A stretch of DNA of 64,000 nt from the human T2T-CHM13v2.0 reference genome, Homo sapiens. How positions within the stretch are numbered: the stretch's first letter is position 1; every line of letters starts with the position of its first letter. Positions 1 to 12,175 of this stretch are shown one piece after another. Below the pieces are notes generated by a model that saw only the letters and a program-made list of their open reading frames with translations, was not told the DNA's origin and made no database searches. The stretch is taken from assembly GCF_009914755.1 (NCBI RefSeq), contig NC_060933.1, one strand, 5' to 3'. Both the position numbers and the translations under genes were made by a program.

Positions 1-1215
1 AAATTGAATCTTGATCCATACTCATTTTATGTACAAAAATGAACTGAAATTGGATCATAAACAAACATCAAACCAGAAACTATAAAACTTATAGAAGAAA
101 ATCTTTGTGATCATGGGTTTTACGTCACAGAAGCCCTATGAGATTTCTTAGATAAATAGATCAAAATTTTGACCCATTAAAACAATTGAAAAATTGAGCC
201 CCATAAAAATAATACACTTCTGCTCTTTGAAAAACACTTTTTGAGTCTACGGCCATACCACCCTGAACACACCTGATCTCATCTGAAAGACACTGTTTGA
301 GAAGCCACAGACTGGGACAGAATATTTGCACAACACACACTTGATAAGGAACTTGTCTCCAGGATATATAAAGAACTCTTGACACTCAACAATAAAAGAA
401 CCTTATAAAAAACTGCAAAATTTTATCTTACACTTCACTAGAGGACATACATAGACAGCACGTAAGTACATGACAAAATGCTTAATGTTATTATCTGTTA
501 GGTAAAGCAAGTAGAACCACAGTGATATGTCACTACATATCAATGGAATAGTCAGTGTTAAGATAACTGACAGTGTCAAGTAGTGATGCTGACGTTTAGC
601 AACTGGAATGCTTATAAATTGCTTGTGGTAATGCAAAATGGTATAGCCATCTTGGAAAACAGCCTGGCAGTTTCTTATAAAATTAAACTTACAATTTAGC
701 ATACCATCCAGCAATCCCACTTCTAGGAATTTACTTAAGAGAAATGAAAATTTATGTTTACATATATCATAATCACCCAAAAAATGGAAGCAACTCAGTG
801 TTTTTCAACTGGGGAATGAATTCTCAAAACATGGTACCTTCATACAATATAATGCTACTCAGCACTAAAAAGGAACAAACTAGAGATTTCATCAACCATG
901 GATGAATCTCAGATTCATTACCCTAAGTGAAAGATGCCTGACTCAAAAGGCTCCGTACTGTTGAATTCAATTTATGTCACATTCTGTAAAAGCAAAACAC
1001 ACAAGGACAGAAAATGGATTAGTGCTGGGCCTTATGCATGGGTGGAGTCACTGACTACAAAGGGGCACAAAGAATTTTTGTGCTGATGGCACTGTGGTGT
1101 ATCTTGATTGTGGTGGAGGTACACAACTGTATTGTTTTGTGGAAACTTACAGAAGTATACACACTAAAGGATGAACTTTATGTTATTTACGTTGCACTTT
1201 GAAAATTAAATATAA
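1..1215 (+). mobile_element. Old L1M-type LINE-1 fragment (ORF2 3' end and 3' UTR)
   Basis: L1 hallmarks such as gaaactataaaacttatagaagaaaa, aaaatggtatagccatcttggaaaacagcctggcagtttctt, ccagcaatcccacttctagg and atggatgaatctca; heavily diverged. Confidence 0.85.
245..286 (+). pseudogene. 3'-truncated (tailless) 5S rRNA retropseudogene nested in the L1
   Basis: GTCTACGGCCATACCACCCTGAACACACCTGATCTCATCTGA matches 5S rRNA nt 1-42 at 38/42, all four differences CpG transitions. Flanked by an imperfect direct repeat at 230-244 and 286-300. Confidence 0.92.
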
Positions 1216-1237
1216 AACCCTATATGTTTTTAAAGAT

Positions 1238-1325
1238 TTCATTTACATTTGATGTACAATCATTGTACATACTTATGGGGTACAATGTGATCTTTTGATA
1301 CATGTATACATTGTGTAATCATCAA
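1238..1325 (-). mobile_element. L1MA-like 3'-end fragment
   Basis: ttgtacatacttatggggtacaatgtgatcttttgatacatgtatacattgtgtaat resembles the reverse-complemented L1MA 3' terminus. Confidence 0.7.
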
Positions 1326-2575
1326 AACCACATTTTTAATGTTAGTAGATTGACTGTGGAAATGACTGATACTAATGATAGCTCAGTGATGTAGGGAGAA
1401 GGACAAAGTGGTGAAGAAAAGTAGTAGGAGAAGTAGTGAGAGGAAAGAATGTAGATGATCAGAGAAGGGGAAGTGTTTTGGGAGATGAGAGCTACAGTCC
1501 ATGACAGCAACATTCCACCCCATGCTCAGTGTTTACTCTCCTCTGGACGACATGGGACTCTCAGGGGTGGAATCTTCTTCTTAGAATGCTTTTGGCATAG
1601 ATCTACCTCCATTTAGAATGTTCCGATCTAACATAGCTATTTCTGTAGCTAAAATCCTACTGCCAGAATCATTAATTAGATATTACAGTTTCTATTGCTT
1701 TTTCATTGTGATAATTTTCTCATTGCAGATTAAATGAGATATATGCGATGTTAGCACAATGGTTGGCACTGAGTAAGTTTCAGTAATTTACTCATGAAGT
1801 AATTATGACAACTCTTATTTTATATGTTATATAGATAATAGTTGAAGAGCTGTGTAAATCCTGGACTCCTGACCCAACTCCCATGTTCTCTCCCACTAAG
1901 CTATACTCACCTTTGTGGTGGTAGCTTCCTGATATTCTCAGAGGCTGAAAACAAACATGGAGATGCAGAAATTAATTGTTTCCAGTATTTTCCAAGAAAA
2001 CGATTATCTCAGTTCAGTTATACTCCCTGTTTTTTGTTTGTTTTACTTTTCATTTCAGAGTACTTTAAATGTGTGCAGTGTGATAAAACTATATCTGCAT
2101 TATTTCAGCCCTTGGGAGATATAGGCTGCAGGTGAATGGGAGAAATATTCTTAAATTAAGTTTGAACATATCCTCACATGGTACCATTCGCCTTGCAGGG
2201 CCCATCAAATTGTAGTTCACTCTTGCCTGGTGTCAGATCTGTTGGAAAGCTTTGACAAACAGTTGGTCTGTCAGAGACAGCTAAAAGCCTCAGAGAGGTG
2301 CAGAGAGACGCATACATCTATCATCTAATAAACTCCACTTGTGGCAGGTGTCTCGGAAACCTAACTCATAGTGATGTGGGCACATGGGTTTTGTTAACCA
2401 GAAATAACATTTTAGCATTGACAGCTTTTAAAAAAGACAGTTCTAGACAGGAATTTGCTATCTAAAGAACAGCAAACTAATCTTCCCTTCAAATAAAAAG
2501 ATTGTAGTGCATCTTACTTTATAGAGAAAAAGGATGTCAGTATTGAGCTTATTTCCTAACATCTGAATCTTTTAA

Positions 2576-2894
<319 letters not shown>

Positions 2895-3729
2895 TGAGCA
2901 ATTTTTATATAATCTATTCTTGAATCTCAATCAGAATGAAAACTTTTGTTTAGAAAGTCACGTATAAATGATGTTTGACCACGTTATTTTTCAGCTTATA
3001 AGTAAGTTTTGATCAAGTCCACGTGACTGTCTTTATATTATAAAGGAATGCATATATTTTTGCAATATTCCAGGCATCTTATTAAATTCAGATTTAGCAA
3101 TTTACCTATATACTATTTGCAGTTTTCATTACTTGCTATTAACCCTAAAGGACTAGATCATTGAATTAGTTGTTTTGCTGAGCCTTTTTGGCTGCTGTAT
3201 AGGGTATCACTAAGATAATGAGTGAGCCTACCTACCCATCCAGCGTGGACATGCTGATACGTTTTTATTTCTGTATATCTGAATGCACATTTTACATGAA
3301 AAGGTATGTATTCTATTTGAATACATCATGAATTTAGGAGTTTACAAAGGTCTCAGGATGTCTGACAAGATCTCCTGCCATACCCAGCGAATGGATGATT
3401 TTCATCCTTGAGAATGATGAACTCATTAATTTGTATATGAAGAGCAATAAACAGAGTCTCCTCTTTCTTGAACAAAAGTAGGGATATGAAACAACTTTCT
3501 CCCCAACTGGACCCCAGCAGAAAGCATCCCAGCTGTGATGGTGGGCATGATATGCAGTCAGTCAGACAATTCTGCAGTCAGGTGTTTTGTTCAGCATCCC
3601 CCAGAACGGATCCCAGCGCATAATACCTCTTTACATGTAGTAAAATGACTGGTAATCCATTCTGTCTATGCTCGGTTAATGGTTTGTTTTTGGTTTTGTG
3701 TTTTGAAGTTCAACTGTCCTGTTTCATCG

Positions 3730-4152
3730 TCTATGGTTTCATCACATGTGTTTTGTCTCTGCCAAAATTCATGTTGAAATTCGATCCCAGTGTGGCAGTG
3801 TTGGGGGGTGCGACCTAGTGGAGGTTTTTGAGTCTCTGGGGTGCTTCCCTCGTGAATGGATGAATGCCCTTCTGTATGGGTTAAGTCCTCACTGACGGAA
3901 TAAGTTAGCTCCTGAGAGAGTTTGTTGTAAAAAAGAGTCTGGCTTCCTCGGTTTCTCTCTCATACCCTCTTTCACCATGTGATCTCTTTGCACTCCCACC
4001 CCACTTCTGCTTTCCACAGTGAGTTGAAGCAGCCTGAGGTCCTCACCACATGCAGATGCCCAATCTTGAACCTTCCAGCCAGCAAAATCTTGAGCCAAAT
4101 AAACCTCTTTTCTTTATAAACTACCCAATCTCAGGTATTCTGTTACAGCAAC
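3730..4152 (+). mobile_element. MaLR solo LTR (MST family)
   Basis: ccaaaattcatgttgaaatt at the start; gagccaaataaacctcttttctttataaactacccaatctcaggtattctgttacagcaac at the end. Confidence 0.85.
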
Positions 4153-4238
4153 ACTGCTTATCAGGAAGGACAAGCTGGTGAAGAAAAGAGGGAGACTCCA
4201 TCTCCTGGGCATACTCTTTAATCATTCTGAGGATTTTT

Positions 4239-4303
4239 TTTTTTTCTTTTTTTGAGACAGAGTTTCACTCCTGTCACCCAGGCTGGAGTGCAGTGGTGTG
4301 ATC
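4239..4303 (-). mobile_element. Severely 5'-truncated Alu (about 50 nt of right arm plus tail)
   Basis: T-tract plus gagacagagtttcactcctgtcacccaggctggagtgcagtggtgtgatc between perfect 16-nt repeats cattctgaggattttt (4223-4238, 4304-4319). Confidence 0.92.
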
Positions 4304-4857
4304 CATTCTGAGGATTTTTATTTGGGTGAAAATTTAAATCTTGGGTGTGATAATTTGTTAGTTTATTCTCAAAGTAGGTCAACCCTCCCTTTTCCTCAGT
4401 CATAGAAAAGAACAGCAACACAGCTTATGGGATAGAACGAACATTTATGGCATGTGAGCCTTGCACTGAGTGCTGTACCTGGTGCCATCACATGTGTTAT
4501 CTTTGTGATCCTCCACACTTCTGTATATATTTGGTATTTCAGTCTCTTCTTTGCCAGGCCCAGTTCTGGCCATCCTACTGTAATAAAACAACAGCAAGAA
4601 CAACAGAAGAAAAAAAAACCCAAAATCTTCCTCTTGCGATACTTTATGCTAAGCATAATTTCAAACCATTTTTACTGGAAACTTAGATGATTTTTAAGGA
4701 AACATAAATGGTAAACAGTTTATTCAAGGAATACATATGGGAAGTGTCTGAGCTGGGATTAAATTAGTTTGTCTCATGCTAAAGCCCATGCTATCTTCAC
4801 TATAATTTATTAAAATCTGGCATATTGGACTTTTAAAATTTGCATTGTGTTTTTCAG

Positions 4858-4875
4858 GGAAGGCTGGGAATCTAG
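4858..4875 (+). CDS. KDM4C: Coding part (GRLGI-stop) of a probable KDM4C alternative terminal exon
   Basis: Acceptor tgcattgtgtttttcag|GGA AGG CTG GGA ATC TAG, phase 0 like the competing 32113 acceptor. I recall a short KDM4C isoform ending GRLGI in place of KCIFC (from memory, unverified here). Confidence 0.75.
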   Translation, partial: GRLGI

Positions 4876-5692
4876 ACACAGCAACAATAACAACAACAAC
4901 AATAACAATGAAGGCTCACTGTGAAAACATCAATTCATTAGGAAAGTTACATCCCCTCCGCCACTGTTTCAGATGCTGTTTCTCATTCTCCATGGGAGCA
5001 GCCAGCATCATGTTTAGGATGGGGATACAATAGCCTGAGCTCCTGATTGAGTCAGACCCTGGACTTTCCCTTTTGTATCTGTCATTTTCCTCTGGATCCT
5101 CACACCTTTGTGTTTAATTTTTTTAAATTTCATTTGTTGACTTCCTATGTGGGGTAAAATGACTTCCTTTGATTAATGTACTTTCTGTATCCTAGAGTTT
5201 CCCTTTCCCTTTGTGATTTAGTCCAACGTGTCCTACTACAGCCTCAAAAATTGTCATTGGAATCAAAAGCTTTCCAAGGTGCATCAGGTTAATGATTTGG
5301 ATGCATCCTGAGGTTGTCTCCTGTAGCATGGAGGCATTATAATAGGAGTCTCAGAAGTTACACCATTTTTCTACAGCACATCACAGGCCCAGAGGCTTGA
5401 ATCTAAGAGAATCCACTCTATGTCTGTCAGCCTGAATCCTTCCTTCTTGCTGCACAACAAAGCAACTGAACGTATTTTGAGTTTAGGTGAAAACTATCAC
5501 TCATTCATCAAAGTTCTATCTGGGTGATATATGCTATCGAAACAGATGTGGACACTGGGCTGACAGATGTTGAGAACGGACCTGTTGCTGAAGCTCATGT
5601 TATCACACATGCTGTGGGAAGAGAGGTCATTGGCATTCAAGATGCAACACCTACAATATGGTGAATTAAAGATGCCATTTGCATGGATCTTG
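4876..5692 (+). other. KDM4C: 3' UTR of the probable alternative terminal exon (3' end approximate)
   Basis: Runs from the TAG stop to about 20 nt past ATTAAA at 5665-5670, followed by GU/U-rich sequence (ttagtgcttgtaatttgatttg). Begins with an imperfect (ACA)n run. Confidence 0.6.
5665..5670 (+). terminator. ATTAAA polyadenylation signal for the alternative last exon
   Basis: Common variant hexamer with downstream GU/U-rich element, about 800 nt after the 4858 acceptor. Confidence 0.55.
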
Positions 5693-7234
5693 GATTAGTG
5701 CTTGTAATTTGATTTGCGTATTTACATTGCTTTGGACATATAGTTGTCATCCTATGCCCCTCCCCTCAACTACGGCTGAAAAAAAAGTAAATATGAAATA
5801 GAATAGCATGCTATTTAGCATTTATCTGTAAGCTATACTAATGTTTTTGTGTTGAATATTCTTTTTCATTTTGGCAGCTCTGCACTAGGCCAGACATTGT
5901 CTAGTAATCTTCCAACAACTCTTTCATATTGATATCTCTATTCCCATTTTATATTTTGTAAAACTGGGGCTAAGAAGAGTTCAATAATTTGAGCTCATAC
6001 AGCCACTAAGTGACAGAACTGCTCAACCATTTTGCTGGCTGTACTGCCTCTGGAATATGGTGGAGTCAAGAGAAGTGGGAGGTCTATGACTCCCAGGAAC
6101 ACCTTTAAGCTGCCTCATCAATCCTGAGTCTCATCATCATTGCCTGGACTTCACAATGTAAGTCAGCCCATCAAGGCAACACAGTGCATGCACCACATTT
6201 TCAACTTGCAGACCAGTCAGTCTACAGAGAAAGATGTCTATCTAATTTCTGTATATTTGTCAAATAATGGCATGTCTGAGCCATGGCAGGAAACACATGG
6301 TCACCCTCTTACCTTGGGTTTCTCAGGTGTTTTGGCCAGCAGATATTTAGGCTCTGGGATCAAAGACCTCCAGGTTCCACATGTGAGGATCTCCAGCACA
6401 ATTAAAGGAAAGTTGATCAACATGTCTGTTTAATTAATGTTTCTAATATTTCTTTAAAAATCAAGTTTTGATGAGAAAAAAATTAAAGACAAATTATATC
6501 CAGAGTGTTCCCATTTATTTATTTATTTTTTAATGCATTGGGAGAAGACTCAAGGAATATGCCATATTGTCGTTGTCTCTGGATGACAGGATATTGGGTG
6601 CTTTTTAAAAAAATAATTTATACATGCTGTGGTGTAATTTGCAGCTTTTCTGTAGGAACTTTTTTATAGCTTGTAAAATCAATGGGAAAAAAGTAAAATA
6701 TTAAATCAGATAAAATGTTATTTAAACACCATAGTTTTTTATATAACTTTGCCTAGTGACCCCAGTAGGAAGGACATGGACACAGCTTTTAGCAGAGAAA
6801 TTGTTCCTAGGTTTCCTTTTTTTTTTTGTCTTCAACACAGAGCCTCTGGGTTTTCTTTTCTTTTTCTTTCTTTAAAATGCTGGACACATTTTTCTTATTA
6901 ATGTTCACAATTCCATATTCATGTTCTCCTTAATGGTTCTCTTCAACATGGAAGGTTCTCTTCTGATATCTTTAGTAGTAATTTTCAGAGAATCCTTGTT
7001 TTACTTGCTAGCCAAGCCCAAGGTCTGTATTTTACATGTTTTCCATTATTGTCTTGCATTTTAAAGGTCCATAGTTTAATTAGCTTGAGTATAAATTACC
7101 TTCATCCTTTTCTAGAGGTCCCATAGCCAAAACAATAACTTAAATACAAATATGCTGAAATATCTATATTTACAATGTTCTTAAATATCTTGAAATCAAT
7201 CTATACTTATCTGTTGGATGTAACTTACATGTAC

Positions 7235-7632
7235 ACTGGAGGTGTCCATGAGCAACCCCATGATTGGATGATTGACTGGGAGAATTCACAGGATGTAACA
7301 TGTAGTTGTACTCACAGCTAAGATTTATTGCAGTGAAAGGATACAAAGCAAAGTTTGCTTATACATCAGTGCCCAGGTTTTTATTGAGGGCTGATCACAT
7401 AGGCACCCTCTGCCTAGCATGTACCAAAATTTCAGACTCCCAGAAGAAAAGCAGGTTTACAGATTCAGCATAAACCATATTGTTAGTACATTTTTGGTAC
7501 AGTGAGCCATTCTTATCAATGAATGGTGGCAAGCTTCCTGAAATTCAAGTTCCTGTATGTCTGCCAGGGGCCAACCTTGGAAGCAGAACTTTCAAGGCAT
7601 AACAGTTTCAGGCCTGTTGTATTAACTCTTCT
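7235..7632. mobile_element. ERV LTR fragment of the MER21/MER68/MER77 group
   Basis: gttgtactcacagctaagatttattgcagtgaaaggatacaaagcaaa and cagactcccagaagaaaagcagg...cagcataaaccatattgt are typical of this group. Confidence 0.7.
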
Positions 7633-7746
7633 ATTCAACATGTAATAAAAAGCCAGAAATATTCTTTAGTGCCAAAGGCCAAAATGAGTTTGTTGAAGTA
7701 AAGAATAGCCCCATTATATACATTAATCTCTACAAGAGTGACTTTG

Positions 7747-8045
7747 TTTTTTGTTTGTTTGTTTTGAGATGGAGTCTCGCTGTGTTGCCCAGGCTGGAAT
7801 GTAGTAATACGATCTTGGCTCACTACAACCCCTGCCTCCTGGTTCAAGCGATTCTCCTGCCTCAACCTCCCAAGTAGCTAGTACTACAGGTGCATGCCAC
7901 CACTCCCAGCTAATATTTTATTTTTAGTGGAGACAGTGTTTCGCCATGTTGGCCAGGCTGGTCTTGAACTCCTGACCTCAAGTGATCTGCCCATCTAAGC
8001 CTCCCAAAGTGCTGGGATTAGAGGCGTGAGCCACGGCACCCAGCC
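7747..8045 (-). mobile_element. Full-length Alu (AluS-like)
   Basis: Both arms in antisense; TSD agagtgactttg at 7735-7746 and 8048-8059. Confidence 0.95.
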
Positions 8046-8569
8046 TGAGAGTGACTTTGAACAAACTACCCTTTACCTCACTTTTCACCTCTATAAATGG
8101 CACTTACACTCTGCATAGTCGAATTCTGTGATTCTATGTGTTTTGTAATACTTTATATAATAGAGATTCCTAAACTGGGATCCGTGTATTCCAGGGTTAA
8201 ATGAAGACTTTCCTAGAAGTACAATGCACTGATATCTCTTAGAGAATTAATTTTCTGGCCCTCAACTTTTAACATGTACTCTTTCCCAAGCTTGATCTGC
8301 ATGAGAGTGAACCTTGGAAGGGGCTGCTGGTTCTCCTTTCCCACAACTTCTTTTGCTTTACAGAATAAATGCATCACTCCCAGGTAAACAGATAAAGGTA
8401 CAGGCTTTGAGGGCAAGTCTCAAAAGAGCAAAGTAGAGATAGATTAGGTAATAAATACTGAAAAAAAAAAATGGCACTTCATCTAGGCCATGGATTTATT
8501 GCAGAATTTATGTACCTTATCCACTAGGCATTCCCTCAAACCCATGGTGTCTTCTTGGTCCACAACTAG

Positions 8570-8885
8570 TCCACATAACCCAGCCTCCCTTACTGGTAGG
8601 AGCACAGCCACAGGTATTGGAGCAGAAGTGAAATATATTACTCTCAGGTTTGGCTCCTAAATAACCCCCATGTATTCTCCTCCTTACTGTTTTCTGAAAT
8701 GGAGTTGACCTGCAAAGAGACCCTAGAGCCCAAATGTTGAGATCACAGCACTTTGTCAGCCTAGGCCCCTAAATGGCTGTGGAGGAGAGCTACCCCACTG
8801 AACTATTTGCCAGCCCAGTACTGTTATCTGAGCAAGAAGTGAGGTTCTGTTGTGTTAAGGCCATTGTATAGTTGGGACTGTCTTT
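8570..8885 (+). mobile_element. Old MLT1-type MaLR LTR fragment
   Basis: Ends with tgagcaagaagtgaggttctgttgtgttaaggccattg, similar to the MLT1 3' end; very diverged. Confidence 0.55.
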
Positions 8886-8904
8886 TACTCACTGTTGATT
8901 GTTT

Positions 8905-9480
8905 CTCTTAGAATTCAGAAGTGAAATGCTTGATATGGGAATGTGTATTAATACAATTTATTTGAATTGCAAAAGGAATTCAGACTTTTTCAGATAAAAA
9001 ACAAGTCTGTTTTGGCAGATTGCTTTGATAATGAGGACTGCCTTTGTCTATTGGGTTTTATATTTGGGGCAGACATTTTACATAAATTGGAATCTGCTGT
9101 CTCAAAGTTTGACAAAAAATATAATTTAAGCGCACATATAATTATATTCTGGAATTCTATGCTGGGAAATAATATCCTTTTGCATCTATTTCACCTTAAA
9201 GTTAAAAACAGTACAACCCCATAAATCTCAACTTTAACATTCAAGGCGCGTTATAGTCTTCCAGAATTCTTCTGGGGAATTGTAAGCAAAAACGTTCACT
9301 GACCACTAGTTTATAAAAGAGGGCTGTTAGCTAGTAGTTTAAATAAGTCTTGGTTGACCTGATTAATAAACAGGCCCTTAGTGATTCACTTGTGTAAATG
9401 AGCTAAATGTGTGGGCAAACCTAAGGCACACGACAGAGACTAATGCTACAGCTTGAACAACTTCTGCTATTGTAAGTCTT
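8905..9480 (+). mobile_element. hAT/Charlie DNA transposon transposase fossil
   Basis: Peptide EFRLFQIKNKSVLADCFDNEDCLCLLGFIFGADILHKL resembles the Charlie/Buster segment LA..F.DE.WL..LAYLADIF.KL; a hAT-like terminus (agagattcctaaactgggatcc) lies at about 8162. Confidence 0.6.
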
Positions 9481-11579
9481 TTTACAAATTACCCTCTTAA
9501 AATATTTGTAGATTCACATCAGGCAGGTGAATGGGAAGGCTGAGTAACTGATCTTCCTGTAAGAAAAGTATGTGGAGGGGGATTACTTCACTTAATGTTG
9601 TCAGTAAACCTGAAGTTTTATTGTTCCATCTTCTTCCCTGAATCTCTTTTATGTGCCACGTAGACACGTAGATATGGGGTGGACTTCAGGACCTGGGCCA
9701 AGTGTTTGTGGGAAAGAAATTGAAGAATAACTAGGTGCCTAAAGCGCTAAGGGAAGAACTTAGTCTGACTGAATGCAATTTCCTAATTTTATGATTTGGC
9801 AAGGCTGGCGTGCACAGAGCTTTAAATAACTTTAGGGAAGTATTCCTACCAGTGCCCCATCCAGCATACCAAACTCACCGTGTGTGAGGAACAGCAGAGG
9901 GAAGCCTGTGCTGTTGTCCTGCAGGTGAATGAGTGAAAATCATCTGATCTCACAGGTAGTGCTGCCCCATTGACTGAAAATGTCTCCAGTAGTGTGTTCC
10001 TGGCATTCCACTTTGAAGATGTTGGCAATCATAAATGCCAGAATCACACCTGGCATTTCTTTGGAAAAACATTAAACACCTCACGAGCCCAGAGCCTACA
10101 GGGATAATGGGGAAATCTGGAAGTACGATAATTACGCTGCATGAGGAAATGTTCGTGTTGATGAATCCTTGGGATTTCCACTATTTGCAAAGCATGTGTC
10201 TAAAGCCTTGGAGATGAGTTCAGAGGGGCTAATAGTAGAAGATAGACCAGGTGCTGGTACGGAAAGGCATGTATTACCTCCGAAATTCAAGGGACAGGAT
10301 GAACATTATATATCTCTTGTGCTTGCTCCTTTAGAAATTGAATCAGAGCAGGAACCCAGAGAGCTAGTTGCCGGCTAATGGACTTTTTAGAAAGGTGTTT
10401 TGGTGGTCGATATCTAGATATCAGGTGTTTTCCACTTAGCCTGGCCTTTGCCCCTGTGAAAAGCATCATGGTGGCCCTGAGAACAAAGGCATCAAATAAA
10501 TGCTTCTGAAACCACCTTCTCTAGAGATTCTGCCGTGCCTCCAGGACAAAGACTCTGACTTGTTTGTGTCACTACAGCCTCACATGGGGCCTGAGTTTAT
10601 ACTCAGGAAAGGCTTAAATTATGAATGAATCCTCCTGGAATGGGCATTAGAAGGTTTCTTTCCACCTTAGCCCACCAGAATGGTACAGAGAGACTCAGAC
10701 CAGAAGGCCCATTAGGAATAATGTGTGTTCCACCTGAGTTTCGTTTCAGAATCTTTAGCAAGTGGGATTCAGCGGGAGTTACACAGAGAGCCCAAGCAGG
10801 CATAATACTGTGACCAAGGTAAGGCACTAGGGGTGAAGGCACCCCGTTAAGAATGATGCCACAAACCATCACTGGATCTTCCAGAGCCTTTCAGTTTGGG
10901 TCCTCACCAGGGCTGATGGTGGAAGGGATATGGCTTTTTCAGTAGCCTTATGCAGATACAGAGCTCTGATTGCTTCCCATCCGTGAGTCTCAGGGTGCCT
11001 TCATGGGGCTGCGGGCAGTCCTTTTCCTGTGAGAGTCTTGCTTTGTTCCCTCAGCTGGCATTTGTCTGCTGACTTGACACTTCATCTCAAGCCTACTGTG
11101 TTGTCACGCGTGGCTCCAAATCCCACACTGCTTTAGAGCTGCTTCCTTGAAGGCAGGAAGATCTACAGGGAATAAACAATGAAGCAGACAATTTTGTCAA
11201 GCATTTGCAGTAGCAAAACACAGAGCTGACAAAAGGGACTTATGCCTTTTGTTCAGTAGAATTAATAATCAAGTTGTATGCAAAAAAAAATTGTCAGATT
11301 TAGGAGAAATGATAAAATATAGTACCAAACATTAAGGACTTTTTCTTTGTTTACTATTGATATTAATAGCCATTGTTTATAGTTCAGCCTCCAGCAGGGA
11401 TGGACCTGCAGTTTCTCTATTATCTATTTTTATGAAGTGCTTGCATTTTTTAAATTATTTATCGAATAAGTAGAGTTCTCTGTGTTCATAAGCCTGGATA
11501 TACTCAACAGTTCAGGAACATTTCCTCCCCATTCTGAGTCAGTATTTCAAGTCACACACATAGACCCATATACACATTG

Positions 11580-11800
11580 AGGTTGAGTATCTCTTATCCA
11601 AAATTCTTGTTACCAGAAGTGTTTCAGATTTTGGATTTTGTAATACTTGCATTATATACTTACTGGTTGATTGTTCCTAATCTGTAAATCTAAGATCTGA
11701 AATACTCCAATGGGCATTTCTGTTGAGTGTTTTGTTGGCATTCAAAAATTTCAAACTTTGGAACATTTTGGACTTTGAACTTTTGGATTAGATATATTCA
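11580..11800. mobile_element. Tigger4a/MER46 (Zombi) MITE
   Basis: Starts with TIR-like aggttgagtatctcttatccaaaa, then accagaagtgtttcagattttgg. Confidence 0.85.
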
Positions 11801-12134
11801 GTGTGCATTGCTTAACAATGGGGATGCATTCTGAGAAGTGCATCATTACGCAGTTTTGTCTGTGTGCAAACATAGAGTGTGCCTATGCAAACCTTGATGG
11901 CATAGACTACTACACATCTAGGCTATATGGTATAGCCTATTGCTCCTAGCCTTCATGGGGCTGCTACAGCATGCTATTGTACTGAGTATGGTAGGCAGTT
12001 ATAACACAATGCTAAGTACTTGTATATCTAAACATAGAAAAGATACAGCCAAAATTAGGTATTACAATCTTATGGGACCACCATGGGATATGCCATTTGT
12101 CATTGACTGAAACGTCCCATGTAGCACATGACTG
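11799..12134. mobile_element. Tigger3a/MER7A MITE directly abutting the Tigger4a
   Basis: gcattgcttaacaatggggatgcattctgagaagtgcatc, ctaggctatatggtatagcctattgctcctag, ending gcacatgactg. Confidence 0.85.

Positions 12135-12135
<1 letters not shown>

Positions 12136-12174
<39 letters not shown>
12136..12174. repeat. (TG)n microsatellite, about 19 units
   Basis: Read directly. Confidence 0.97.

Positions 12175-12175
<1 letters not shown>

Noticed and set aside
245-286. Functional 5S rRNA gene
   Set aside because: Only 42 of about 120 nt, no internal promoter or terminator, CpG-decayed.
10000-11560. Possible enhancer (repeat-poor stretch with an AP-1-type tgagtca motif)
   Set aside because: Single short motifs are expected by chance; there is no CpG island or other support from sequence alone.
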